Shown piece after piece: positions 22,054 through 32,414 of a DNA stretch of 64,000 bases (the first letter of the stretch is position 1; every line of letters starts with the position of its first letter). Under the pieces are notes generated by a model, which saw only the letters and a program-made list of their open reading frames with translations, was not told where the DNA came from and did not search any database. Both the position numbers and the translations under genes were made by a program. This DNA is from an uncultured bacterium. Lineage in GTDB: Bacteria > Chloroflexota > UBA5177 > JANWHV01. The stretch is from contig CAVSOU010000016.1 of NCBI GenBank assembly GCA_963729625.1, positions 1 to 64,000 of the forward strand, written 5' to 3'.

Positions 22054-23025
22054 ATGCAGTACGTACAACTCGGACGCTCGGGTCTCAAAGTGAGCCGGCT
22101 GTGCCTTGGCACCATGAACTTCGGCCCGCTTACCAGCGAGGCGGATAGCTTCGCCATCATGGACCGTGCCTTGGATCTGGGCATCAATTTCTTCGATACC
22201 GCCAATGTCTATGGCTGGAAGAAGGGTGAGGGCATCACCGAGAATATCGTCGGGCGCTGGTTCGCCCAGGGAGGTGGTCGGCGGGAGCGCACGGTGATCG
22301 CTACCAAGCTCTACGGCGACATGGGAGACTGGCCAAACGAGTCGCGCCTCTCGGCCCTCAATATCCGCCGCGCCTGTGAGGCCAGTCTCAAGCGCATGCA
22401 GACAGACTACATCGACATCTATCAAATGCACCACGTCGACCGCCTGACGCCGTGGGAGGAGATCTGGCAGGCCATGGAGGTGCTCGTCCAGCAGGGTAAG
22501 GTCCTGTATGTGGGCAGCTCGAACCATGCCGGCTGGCATATCGCCCGAGCGAACGAGGTGGCCAGGAGCCGGCACTTCTTCGGCCTGGTCTCCGAGCAGA
22601 GTCTGTACAACCTCGTCGCGCGGACCATCGAGCTGGAAGTCATTCCCGCCTGCGAGGCGTACGGGATGGGCCTGATCCCCTGGAGCCCGTTGTATGGCGG
22701 ACTGCTTGGCGGCGCCTTGCAGAAAGCGAAAGAGGGCCGCCGAGCCTCCGAGGAGCAGCAGAAGCGTATCCAAGAGCTCCTGCCGAAGCTGGAAGCCTGG
22801 GAGCGGCTGTGCCGTGAGCTAGGCGAGCAGCCAGCTGACGTGGCGCTGGCCTGGCTCCTCAGCAACAAGGTGGTGACGGCGCCGATCATTGGCCCGCGCA
22901 CTGCGGCGCAGCTGGACGGATCGCTCCGCGCCCTGGAGATCGCTCTCAGCGCCGAGGTGCTGGCCAAGCTGGACGCGATCTTCCCAGGACCCGGTGGCCC
23001 CGCCCCCGAAGCCTACGCCTGGTAG
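22054..23025 (+). CDS. Aldo/keto reductase
   Basis: LGRSGLKVSRLCLGTMNFG, FFDTANVYG, DYIDIYQMHH, IPWSPL. Confidence 0.95.
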   Translation: MQYVQLGRSGLKVSRLCLGTMNFGPLTSEADSFAIMDRALDLGINFFDTANVYGWKKGEGITENIVGRWFAQGGGRRERTVIATKLYGDMGDWPNESRLSALNIRRACEASLKRMQTDYIDIYQMHHVDRLTPWEEIWQAMEVLVQQGKVLYVGSSNHAGWHIARANEVARSRHFFGLVSEQSLYNLVARTIELEVIPACEAYGMGLIPWSPLYGGLLGGALQKAKEGRRASEEQQKRIQELLPKLEAWERLCRELGEQPADVALAWLLSNKVVTAPIIGPRTAAQLDGSLRALEIALSAEVLAKLDAIFPGPGGPAPEAYAW

Positions 23026-23534
23026 CGGCTGGCCGAATCTACGTCGAGTGCACGCGCCCTGGCCAGCGTTGGACGACACGATGCACGTACAGGACGCACG
23101 GGCCGTTCCTCCGCCAGGAACGGTGGCGGAACGGCCCGTGTCCTTGCCGAGAGAGGTGCTCGACGACGTCGGTGGTGAATGCGGCCGTTGCATACGCATG
23201 CTCGAACGCCCGTGGCACCGACGTCATTCACACTGCTGCCGGCATGGGCGCACGGATCGATTGTGACACGACACTAACGAAAGGCAGTCACGGCTGCGAG
23301 GCCCACCCGGCGTCGGGAACCCCCACGGTGCCTGTGTGCGGCGGGTACGGAATTGGCAAGGCTTAGCGCCGCAGCCTAGTACACGGTCGGTGTCGTAGGC
23401 CCCACTGGCAGCGGGCCAAAGCGCTGTTCGTAGCCGCCTAACCCTCCACGAATCGCCGATCCATCGAGTTGGGCACCATGCACCTGCTCCCCGGCGCTCT
23501 TTGTCCACCCAGATCTGACGCTTCCGCAGTTATG

Positions 23535-23554
23535 GTGTATACTTGGGTATACAC
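23535..23554. promoter_or_regulatory. Putative TA operator
   Basis: GTGTATAC-TTGG-GTATACAC perfect IR just upstream of the brnT RBS. Confidence 0.6.
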
Positions 23555-23574
23555 AAGGAGACGAGGACGGCCGG

Positions 23575-23844
23575 ATGTTTGAGTGGGATGACGCGAACGT
23601 GGAGCACATCGCCGAACATGGTGTCACTCCAGAAGAGGCGGAAGAAGCCGTGACGGATCCGCGACGCGTACGCCTAGATGCCTACAACGCGCGCACCGAG
23701 GTGCGACGCGGCTACATCGGGCGCACCGCCGCCGACCGGCTGCTTGCGGTGGTCATCACGCGCCGCGGCAACCGGTTTCGGGTCGTGACGGCGCGCAATG
23801 CCACCCAGACAGAGCGCCGACGCTATCGCGGAAAGGGACAATGA
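23575..23844 (+). CDS. brnT: BrnT-family toxin
   Basis: FEWDDANVEHIAEHGVTPEEAEE...RVVTARNAT.ERRRY. Confidence 0.85.
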   Translation: MFEWDDANVEHIAEHGVTPEEAEEAVTDPRRVRLDAYNARTEVRRGYIGRTAADRLLAVVITRRGNRFRVVTARNATQTERRRYRGKGQ

Positions 23845-24170
23845 TGGTTGCCAGACACGACGAGCTGATCCCGGTAGAACGCGAGGATATCCCTGCCTTT
23901 GCCAATGAGGAAGAAGAGCATCGGTTCTGGTCGACGCACAGTTTTGGCCCGAAGATGCTAGCTGCGGCAGAATCTGTCCCCCTCGAAGGCGACGAGTGGG
24001 CGCCCCCTGCCCGCTCGCGTACCCCTGCCGTGCCCATTCGCTTTAGCCCTGACGTGATCGCGCGTACCAAAGCCCTGGCCGCCAGGCGCAACACCGGCTA
24101 CCAGACGCTGATCAAGGAGTTTGTGACTGAACGGCTCTACGAAGAAGAAAAGCGCGCCGGACTGCGCTAG
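23841..24170 (+). CDS. BrnA/CopG-like antitoxin
   Basis: IPAFANEEEEHRFWSTH; RHH-like PIRFS...GYQTLIKEFVTERL; ATGA overlap. Confidence 0.8.
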   Translation: MMVARHDELIPVEREDIPAFANEEEEHRFWSTHSFGPKMLAAAESVPLEGDEWAPPARSRTPAVPIRFSPDVIARTKALAARRNTGYQTLIKEFVTERLYEEEKRAGLR

Positions 24171-24410
24171 GACGCTGGCGCTGGGAACGGAATGAGGACA
24201 CAACGTGCCCAGGCACTCATGGGAAGCCAGCGCCATCGCAAGGGCCGGTTCAAGGAGCGTAGTGCGGCTGGCATAATCAGGCAGTCGCTTCGGCCGCTCG
24301 CAGTAGGCAACAGCCACGATGCAGGGTCGAGAATCGACATGCTGCTACCTGCGTGATCCGGGCGCATGCCTAACGCCCGGATATCGGAGGCAGGAGAGGC
24401 GCGTCGTCTC

Positions 24411-24697
24411 TTTACGGCACCGCTGGCGCGGCAAGTGCCTGCTCGACCTCCTGTGCATGCCCACTAGCATGTTTGCCCCCGATCATGAGGAGGAGATCGG
24501 CCATCGGCATCTCCCGGCCCCGCGGCAACGTGACCACGCGCACCAAAAGGTCGTCGGACAGCGCCTGCACCCTTGCCGCCAGCTTGGCCTGTCCGGCTTG
24601 GAACGCGGCCAGCAGATCGTCCTTGTCCTTCTCGACGTAAGCCGCGACCAGTTGGTGGTTGCGATCGTGCAGGCTACCTACCTCGCCTCCCAGTCAT
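24411..24697 (-). pseudogene. DinB-like protein C-terminal fragment
   Basis: Manual translation: HDRNHQLVAAYVEKDKDDLLAAFQAGQAKLAARVQALSDDLL...GKHASGHAQEVEQAL. Confidence 0.45.
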
Positions 24698-24699
24698 CG

Positions 24700-25432
24700 G
24701 ATCATCGCGCCCATCATCGTTAGTGCCGCTCTGGTGCTCGGCTCGGGGGCCGTGGCATTCGCCGCGCCCAGCACGCCTGCGGGGGCCGGTAAAGTGCGGA
24801 GCAGCCACGCCGGTGCGGCGCTGGCGCGGATTGCCGCCGTGGAGGGCGTGACACCGCAGGTGTTGCAACAAGACTTGAGTCAGGGCGAAACCCTGCTGCA
24901 AATCGCTAGCACCAAGTACACAAGCGCCGCAGCCTTGGCGACCGCGCTGCTGGCGCCCCAGAAGGCCAGGCTCGACGCCGCGGTAACTGCCGGACGGACC
25001 ACGGCCAGCCAGGAGACGGCGCGCTACAACGCGCTGTTGACCAAGATGGAGACGCTGGTCGTCACGCCGCATCCCACTCTGGCGGCAACCGGTTCGATGG
25101 GCGGCTTCAGAGGGCGCTCGATCGGATGGAACACCAAGCAGGTCGTGCAGCTCATCGCCGGCACCTGCAACACCACGCCGGCCGCGCTGACCAGCCTGCT
25201 GCACGCGGGAGGCACCAGCGTACTGGCAGCCTGCCAGAAGACCAATGCCTCGGCGACACCGGCGGCACTCACCGCGCTTGTCTTCGCGCCGCTCAAGACC
25301 AAGCTTGACGCCGCGGTGAATGCCGGCAAGATGACGCAGGCGCAAGCCCTGCAGAGGGCTACCAGCGAGCAACTGGCGATCGGCAAGGCGCTCACCAGGA
25401 CGCTACCGGCTCGCGCAGCCGCCGGGGCCTGA
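24700..25432 (+). CDS. Secreted hypothetical protein, start possibly lost
   Basis: Signal-like IIVSAALVLGSGAVAFA; internal repeat K(A/T)(R/K)LDAAVxAG(R/K)xT. Confidence 0.6.
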
Positions 25433-25568
25433 GCACCCAGATCGGAGAGCAGTATGGTCGCGTATCGTGGACCATACTGCTCGTATGCGGGCCGTCGCGT
25501 GGAGGCGCCTCAGGCACAGGGCTGGGGCGCCTTCGCGCTGCACTCGATAGCTCGGAAGGCACAGCAGT

Positions 25569-25691
25569 CAGGGCACCGGAGCGGGCCAGGGCCACGGCAT
25601 CGCCGGCGTCCAGGCCCGCTGCCGTGCACAGGTCCTCGAAGTTGCCGGGAGGCGGCTCCTGGCGCATGGCGGCGACGATGCGGCCGCAGGC
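25569..25691 (-). pseudogene. Short second fragment of error-prone DNA polymerase (dnaE2-like)
   Basis: 39-bp and 30-bp identities to 56221-56259 and 56313-56342. Confidence 0.75.
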
Positions 25692-25889
25692 TCATACCGC
25701 CAGCGCGTCGCCGGCCGGCACCGCGACGCACCAGTACACGGCACGGCTCAGCACGTCGTCATCCAGTATCAGTGCAGGCGCTCCAGCGTCGGCCATGGTC
25801 GCGGTGACCTGGCACTGAGTCGACAGGCGCGGAACCGACTGGGATCGCCTTGGCGATCCCGGTCGGCATGCTTCTCCGTCACGTGGGGG

Positions 25890-26290
25890 ATGGCGTGCCA
25901 GGGAGAGCAGTTCCCTGGCGCGCAGCCTGGCACTCGCCTCTGCGCTGATCGTCGCCGGCGCCTTGCTGGGCGGCAGGCTCGCCCGGGATAGTGGGCGGGC
26001 GATCGCCGCACGGCCCGATGTCGTGGCGAGTGATCTTTCCACAGCGACCGGTACCGATACCGGTACCGCGCCGATCACAGGCACAGTTACATTCGAAACA
26101 ACAATGACGCCGACCGTCACGGTTACCGTGACGCCAACCGTGACGCCGATCATCACAGACACCGCGATGCCAACGCCGACGCCACTTCCCGGGGGCCCCA
26201 CGACGGCCTATTTTGCCGAGGGCTACACGGGCGTGGCGGCGACGAACGGCAGGGCCACCTTCACCGAGGTGCTGAACCTGCTGAACCGTG
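25890..26290 (+). pseudogene. Secreted Thr/Pro-rich protein N-terminal fragment
   Basis: Hydrophobic segment, TPTVT linker, TAYFAEGYTG...FTEVLNLLN, then abrupt junction. Confidence 0.55.
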
Positions 26291-26319
26291 TCGCGCTCAC
26301 AGGTTCACGCCTGAAGAGG

Positions 26320-26460
26320 CCGCGCGCCGGAAGGCTTGGCGGCAACGCGGTCAGCCAGGATCGTGAGCACATGGCCAGGATCGGTCGGAAAGACGGCAAG
26401 ACTCCGAAGCGCCACGGTGTGCCGGAAGAAGACGGCAGTCAGTCTCGAGGCTCTGTGTGA
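26320..26460 (+). pseudogene. KGG stress-protein C-terminal fragment
   Basis: AGRLGGNAVSQDREHMARIGRKDG. Confidence 0.6.
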
Positions 26461-26518
26461 TATGGCGTGGAGATGCCAAGCGTATCTGAAGAAGTCAGGG
26501 CCGCAGGGATGGTGTATT

Positions 26519-26579
26519 GCGGCAAAGTGTTGACGGACTTGGCGCCAAGGTGTTGACAGGTTGCATGAAGATGTTGTCA
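26519..26579. repeat. Orphan transposon end (IS21/Mu-like) with three repeats
   Basis: GCGGCAAAGTGTTGAC, GCGCCAAGGTGTTGAC, GCATGAAGATGTTGTC at ~22-bp spacing, ending in CA. Confidence 0.5.
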
Positions 26580-26749
26580 GGGGAACCCTTCCCCTCTTGG
26601 GGGCACGTGGCTATTCGAGCCTTTCAGCGCGAACTGCTTTTGCAGGCGGGACGGCTCTTGCCTCTGAGCGCGCCGTGACTGACCGTCAGTGCGCCGCGCC
26701 ATGATGCTGCAAGCGTTCCGCGAGCGCGGCATAGCGCCGGCCGGCCTGC

Positions 26750-27513
26750 GCCACATTGCCGTGCAGATTCTCGAATTCTCCCTTGCCTTCGAGTCCGCGC
26801 GCCGGGGTGTGCGCTCGATCCTGTTCAACGCGCTTGAGGCTGATACCGCAGCGAAGGCGCAATGTGAGCAGTATCTCGAGCCGCACGAGTTTCGTAACCT
26901 CGATCACTTCCTCGACTACCTGGTCCATGACAGCCCGTTCGCGGCTCTGGTCATCATTGATGAGTTGCCCGACAGGCTTGAGAGCGTCCTAATCAACCGC
27001 TTCCGTTTTGGCGTTGAGGTCCTAGAAGTGGCGCGCTATGAGGACGAGCACGGGGAGCGGTTTTACCGCTTCAAGCCGTTCCTGGCAGACGTCAGCGCCG
27101 AGATTGCTGCGGTGCAGAAATCCGGATCGAACGGCACCCCGGTGCTGTCGCAGGATGCGCTCGACACTATTGTCGTTCCGGCACGTGAGGACGGCTTCCA
27201 GGAGGTATTCCTGGGAGAGAACAAATGGTATTCCATCCGCATCAGCGGCACTATGATCCCGCAGATCAAGTACATCGCGGCATACCAAGTAGCGCCGCGA
27301 TCGGCGATCACGTATATGGCACCGGTCGTGTCGATCGAGCCTTCGGACAAGGCCGGGAAGTACTGCGTCAACTTCGCTGAGCCCGCGCACGCTTTGCCCT
27401 CGCCCATCACGCTCGTGCCTGGCGGTCACGTCAAGGCACTGCAAAACTTGCGTTACACCAATCACGAGCGGTTGGAAGCGGCCAGGACGCTGGATGAGGT
27501 GTGGCAGGCTTAA
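26750..27513 (+). pseudogene. Hypothetical protein, probably nuclease-associated, 5' truncated
   Basis: LVIIDE; C-terminal DTIVVPAREDGFQEVFLGENKWYSIRI...IAAYQVAPRSAIT domain recalled from GIY-YIG/NucS-like proteins. Confidence 0.55.
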
Positions 27514-27770
27514 TGCAGTCACTCAGACGAGCCACCGTGGTTGAGCCAGCCAGTGAAGTTTGCGGCCCGCGGCCGTCGGCGTGGTTTCGCCACTTGGTCC
27601 CGCGCCGTTGCAACCCCACCTCGGCTGCGGTGTTCTCGGTGACGAGCGAGCCCTTCCGGATGAACTTGCGCACTATCGGCAAACTCTTGTGGCCGGTCTG
27701 GTCCATGATCGCCCGCTCGGAGACACCGGCGGCTGCTGCCGCCGTGGCTAGGCCGGCGCGCAGACTGTGT

Positions 27771-28603
27771 GACGCTCTGCCAGAATTCCCTTGACACATA
27801 CTTGCAGTCGTCGCGGAGACGATCATATCCTCAAGTGTCCAGACGGCAACGCGGGGTCAAGACGTGAGCGAGATGTGGGAGAGCAAGCGGGGCGGGGTGG
27901 CGATGAGTGCGCTAGCCGACAGTTCACGCGTGCGGGTCCTTGCGGCGCATGAGGCAGGCCATGCGCTTGCTGGCCACGCTGCCGGGTGCTATTTTCGGCG
28001 CGTCACTATCGATCCGCGTGTGATTGGCGACCGTCCAAACGTCCTGGGCTTCACGGAGTTCGATCCGCTGCTTGAGACTGGTACTGAGCCTGGAGCTATT
28101 CGCGATCCCCAGGTCGTCCTTCGCATCGCTCTCGCGGGCGCGCTTGCCTGCAAGGTCGTCACCGGTCACCACCATTGGAATGATGCTAAGGACGACATCG
28201 GCAAAGCGGCGCACGTCGCGGCCCACCCTCTCGACGGCCCACTACCTCCCCTGCTGAACCCGGAGACGATCCGAGACGTCATAAAGACACGACTGCAAAC
28301 CGGAACGCTGTCGTTGAGTGGTGACCTCGCTAGGGACGCGCAGATTCGCGACATTGCGCGGTGCGCTGTCGCCACGCGGGCGTGGTTGCGTACTGACGTC
28401 GTTCGCGTAGACCTGCTGGCGGTCACGCACGCGCTGGCGGCCGCACTGACGCTCTCGTACGACGAATTCAGGGACGTCCTGAGGACGCACAAGCCAACCG
28501 AGTCCGTGTGAGCGCTCGCGATCTGCCTGGGTTGTATTCCGATAGATAGACCCGTCTCACGGTAGAGTGCCAAGATGTGTCAAGTGAATTCTGGCAGAGC
28601 GTC
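27771..28603. mobile_element. Non-autonomous TIR cassette (MIC/tIS-like) with passenger gene
   Basis: TIR GACGCTCTGCCAGAATTC(C/A)CTTGACACAT 28/29 identical; TSD GACTGTGT at 27763-27770 and 28604-28611; no transposase. Confidence 0.9.
27864..28511 (+). CDS. HEXXH zinc metallopeptidase-like protein (M41/FtsH-protease-domain-like)
   Basis: AAHEAGHALAG, VTIDP, IALAGALA, A.DD. Confidence 0.7.
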   Translation: MSEMWESKRGGVAMSALADSSRVRVLAAHEAGHALAGHAAGCYFRRVTIDPRVIGDRPNVLGFTEFDPLLETGTEPGAIRDPQVVLRIALAGALACKVVTGHHHWNDAKDDIGKAAHVAAHPLDGPLPPLLNPETIRDVIKTRLQTGTLSLSGDLARDAQIRDIARCAVATRAWLRTDVVRVDLLAVTHALAAALTLSYDEFRDVLRTHKPTESV

Positions 28604-28730
28604 GACTGTGTCCCGCATTGATCGCGGGTTCCAGGTCCGCGGCCCGCGCCACGCGCTTGACGATCAGCGCTAGCGAACTGAACATCTCATGCGTTTGATC
28701 GCCAACGGTGTGGGGGGTAATCCCAGCGTC

Positions 28731-29318
28731 TCAAGTCCTGCCGAAGATCTCTATTACTAAGCTCCGCAACTCCGCGACCAGTTCTGGGTTGGAGTGCGTC
28801 TCATCAAACACCTTCACCAGAGACCAATACCACCAGTCCTGCTCCTCGCGACCGGCATTGAATCTCTTCCATACGTCGTCACCTATTCGGCGATAGTCCT
28901 GCAGAGTAGCCCTGGCGTTGTCCAGCTTGTCGGCCAGCGCGACCAGTCTGACGGACGGATCCGCTCTCCGCAGGTGCTGCAGGTACGTCTCTTTGCGCTC
29001 ACGCCATGGTGGTTTGGGGACCTGATCCGTCTCGGTACAGCCATCCACTATTTGGGCCACTGTATCGCCGAAAAGATCGCGGATTCGCTGCAGCGTTGGG
29101 GCTCCGCCCTGATCTTCGACGGCATCATGCAGGAGAGCCGCAATGGCTTCATCTTCCGTGCCGCCCGCGCGGAGCACAATGCTTGTGACGGCCAACAGAT
29201 GAGCGATGTACGGGACGCGGCTCGACTTGAGAGTCTGGGTCACGTGCAATTGAGCCGCGAAGCTTAACGCCTGGTCAAACCGATCGGACAGACGGGCAGC
29301 CTTGGGATCTTCGCTCAT
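28731..29318 (-). CDS. HD-domain protein (Mesh1/small alarmone hydrolase-like)
   Basis: ALSFAAQLH, PYIAHLLAV, AALLHDAVEDQ, LADKLDN. Confidence 0.88.
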   Translation of the reverse strand: MSEDPKAARLSDRFDQALSFAAQLHVTQTLKSSRVPYIAHLLAVTSIVLRAGGTEDEAIAALLHDAVEDQGGAPTLQRIRDLFGDTVAQIVDGCTETDQVPKPPWRERKETYLQHLRRADPSVRLVALADKLDNARATLQDYRRIGDDVWKRFNAGREEQDWWYWSLVKVFDETHSNPELVAELRSLVIEIFGRT

Positions 29319-29409
29319 CGTCGCTCCTTGGTCTCTTCGCCTACCACCTGAATGATACGATTGGTGTGGCCCGACTGCGGTGCAAGGCCTACAGCTACGC
29401 AACCACGGA

Positions 29410-29505
29410 AGCGTTCACCTTCGCGCATGCCACAGGCTACCTGCCCTTCAACGTGGGGCGCGGCCTGCGCCTACCCGCAGTGCGTGGCCGCCAGGCCGAG
29501 CGCAT
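29410..29505 (+). pseudogene. Tyrosine recombinase internal fragment
   Basis: FTFAHATGYLPFNVGRGLRLPAVRGRQAERI. Confidence 0.5.
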
Positions 29506-29973
29506 CCCACTATCTTCAACTCAAGCTACGCGGACGGACGCTGCAGCTGCCATATCTGAAGTACTCTGCTCGGGCGCCACGTAGGCGGAAGTGCTGGTCG
29601 CTCCCTTGCGAACAACGGCAGAGTTGGATGAGGTCGTCACCCATCCCACCAGAGCATGTGGTCCGACTGATTCGTGGTATGCGCCTACGGAGGACCATAC
29701 TTGAGCACATCGTACACATCGCCGTGTGTGGAGGGCACATGACGTCGCTCCTGCTCGCGGCATAATACGTCGCGGCCACGGGGCATCTGTCGGCGTTCGC
29801 CGCCACCTGACGCACAACTGACCGCAGTTCTTTGGCCCTCCGGCAGCGGGTCCTCGTCATGACCCTACTGTCGGGGTGATCGGTGAATCTAGTAGTATTG
29901 CCACCGCCAACCTACGAGGGCAAGCATCGTCGCTCAGGTGGTGGCTGACCAAGAAGGAAGACCCTGAGGAGGG

Positions 29974-30462
29974 GTGTCGATGGCAGAACGCGCACAGGAA
30001 CTGGCGGAGTGCTTCGCCCAGGCGAACGCGCACTTCATGGCGTTTGTCGAGCAGATTCCCGACGACCACTGGGACAAGCCGCTGCGTGCTGAGGACGGAC
30101 GATCGGCAGCGATTGTCGCCCGGCACGTCGCGTATGGCAATGCGTTTCAACAGCGCTGTTTTCACGCCATCGCCGCGGGGCGACCGCTTCTGGACGTCGA
30201 CCTCTCGCAGATTGAGACCCTGAACGCCGAGCTCGCCCGGCAATGGCAGTTTGTGCGGAAAGAGGAAGTGCTCGCTGAGTTGCAGCGGGTTGGCCAGGAG
30301 GTAACTGCCTGGGTTCAGGGATTGAGCCAGGAGCAGTTGGCGCAAACCGGCCGCTACTGGATCGGAGGTCCTTGCCTGAGCACCGACCAGTGGATCGAGC
30401 GCGCCCTGCTTGGCCATATCGAAGGGCATCTTCGAGAACTTCGCACCGCGCTAGGAGTGTAA
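29974..30462 (+). CDS. DinB/maleylpyruvate-isomerase-like protein
   Basis: IPDDHWDK...IVARHVA...GHIEGHL; RBS GAGGAGG. Confidence 0.75.
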   Translation: MSMAERAQELAECFAQANAHFMAFVEQIPDDHWDKPLRAEDGRSAAIVARHVAYGNAFQQRCFHAIAAGRPLLDVDLSQIETLNAELARQWQFVRKEEVLAELQRVGQEVTAWVQGLSQEQLAQTGRYWIGGPCLSTDQWIERALLGHIEGHLRELRTALGV

Positions 30463-31574
30463 CCGGATGCACGAACGGTGAGAAAGCCCGGTGTACATGA
30501 GAACCGCTGGAGGAGAGGCAGATGTATGCTGCGATCGTCGTGGGGACACGCTGTGCCGCCGACGCCTGCAGCGCCGTGAACGGCAAGGAAGTAGCGATAG
30601 ATGCTACCCACCAGGAAGGTAGGCGCGTGCGATGTGCGCTCGGTAAGAAGTAGAACACATAGGCTGCAGCACGAACCCTGACCGTGGCGCAGGGTTATCA
30701 GGGGGTGGTACTGGAACGGGTGGCACTACTGGGGGAGCTGGCGGCTCCGGCACGAAAATGCGCGCAACTCTGTGGCTCAAGACGCAGGCTGACCTCACGG
30801 ACCAGGAACGACGGATGCACGTCATCACGCTGCTCCGTCGTCTCGCAAGCATTGCCGACGACGAAGACCTTGACAGCATCACGGTCACGGTTGAGGGCGT
30901 TGGCAGCAAAGCCCGGCTCGATGAAGCCGCTACAATCGCAAGCAAGATTGTGGGGACACGGCAAAGGATCGAAGATATACCAGGCTAACCCGTGATCTCG
31001 CTGTAGTCCAAGACGGATATCCGCTCTCGTTGAACGTGTAAGCACCACCGTCCGAGAAGTAGTGTTCGACCCGATGGAGATGGTGAAGTGCTTGCTCGCG
31101 CTCAGTGGCCGGCTGCACGGGCGGGTGGTCCCCTCGTTTGTTCTAATAACTAGCTAGATAATAGAACACTTGCCAGGGCTTGACAACAGGGGAAATCCGC
31201 ATATCGTGCGAAGATGGTCCGCAAATAGGGCCAGTCGCTCCCCAAACCACAAGATATTGTGCGGCGCCCGGTCAGCTCGGGTTCTCAACAACTTTTCAAG
31301 GAGAATCCCCGCTAAGCTCGACGGTTTATTGAACTGGAAGCAATCAAGTGGCCACGTAGGCTTCATCGTCACCGGCATCTTCGAGGTTGAGGCCTGAGCG
31401 GAGCAGCAATGGCGCTGGCTGCGTCAGGGCGGCGCCATCCGCCTGGGCACCTGCCCCTGGGATGACCGATGACGTCTTGCTGCGTCCTCTGGTCTCTCGG
31501 CGTCATAAGGACAGCCTCCGTCTTGTTGTCCATACCACCTGAGGCTGCTGCGACCGCGCCTGTGGCTACACACG

Positions 31575-32414
31575 CTAGCGGCGTGTTTGGAGCCCTGGAC
31601 CTTCATCGAGTTGGATCGGTTCGGCTGCTGGATGTTCCTGGATTGCTTCGAGTACTTGACTGCGACCGCCGGCGAAGTGCACCCGCACGCGTACGCGGAG
31701 TGGAGTGCCTACCGGTAGGTCGACTGCTTCGACACGGAGCACGGGCTGTTGAAAAATCGCCTGCAAGTCTTCGGAAATGCGAATGGTGCGTGCGGCGAAA
31801 TAGCGACAGAGGCCGCTTTGCACGCGGAGCTGCCAATCGTGATCGGCGCCAGCCACGGCGAGGCGCTGGTCAAGAGATCGCCAGGACACCGTTGCGAGAC
31901 GGCTGAGGTCGACGACGTACGGACGGTTATCCTCGCACCACTCAGGGATAAGGAACGGGATGTAGCCCACGGCACCGCTTTCAGCTTCACGCCGCAAATG
32001 CGCTGGCAGCGCTGCCACGGGCCACACTTCGGCGATTGCCACGAAGCCTGCGGCGCTTGCAGCAGCCTTCGACATGGCCTCGCTTGAGTTTGCACCTTCT
32101 GCCTCGAGCTGCTGCCGAAGAATGTTGAACTCCTTGTCGATGGCGCAACCCTCGGACACCACGACTGCGAGGCTGTAGTTGAAGCAGCCCCACATCTCGA
32201 GAACCTGTGGCGGGCGAGCGCCCGGCGGGCCGTCGTCCCAGAAGCGCAAATGGAGTCCGTCACGCACCCCCACGCTGGGGTGCAGCGAGGTGGATCCGAG
32301 GCGCTCGGCGGGGCCGATCGTCTTCGCCCAAGCGACAAGAACGAGATCACCCTGACTGAGCGGGGCACTGGTCGTATCGGGATGCCACGCCGGGCGGCGA
32401 ACACGTGAGGCCAT
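31575..32414 (-). CDS. Hypothetical protein with PemK/MazF-like motif pattern
   Basis: LSQGDLV, AVVVSEGCAID, VVDLSRLATV, RYFAAR; starts immediately after the upstream gene stop. Confidence 0.55.
   Translation of the reverse strand: MASRVRRPAWHPDTTSAPLSQGDLVLVAWAKTIGPAERLGSTSLHPSVGVRDGLHLRFWDDGPPGARPPQVLEMWGCFNYSLAVVVSEGCAIDKEFNILRQQLEAEGANSSEAMSKAAASAAGFVAIAEVWPVAALPAHLRREAESGAVGYIPFLIPEWCEDNRPYVVDLSRLATVSWRSLDQRLAVAGADHDWQLRVQSGLCRYFAARTIRISEDLQAIFQQPVLRVEAVDLPVGTPLRVRVRVHFAGGRSQVLEAIQEHPAAEPIQLDEGPGLQTRR

Larger units (their letters stand above)
27540..28675 (-). pseudogene. Tyrosine recombinase C-terminal fragment interrupted by an 833-bp cassette
   Basis: Removing 27771-28611 gives LIVKRVARAADLEPAINAGHSLRAGLATAAAAAGVSERAIMDQTGHKSL. 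Confidence 0.85.

Noticed and set aside
30650-30988. C-terminus of a DUF499-type defence ATPase
   Set aside because: Only a Gly-rich linker and a short domain are visible; not enough to assign
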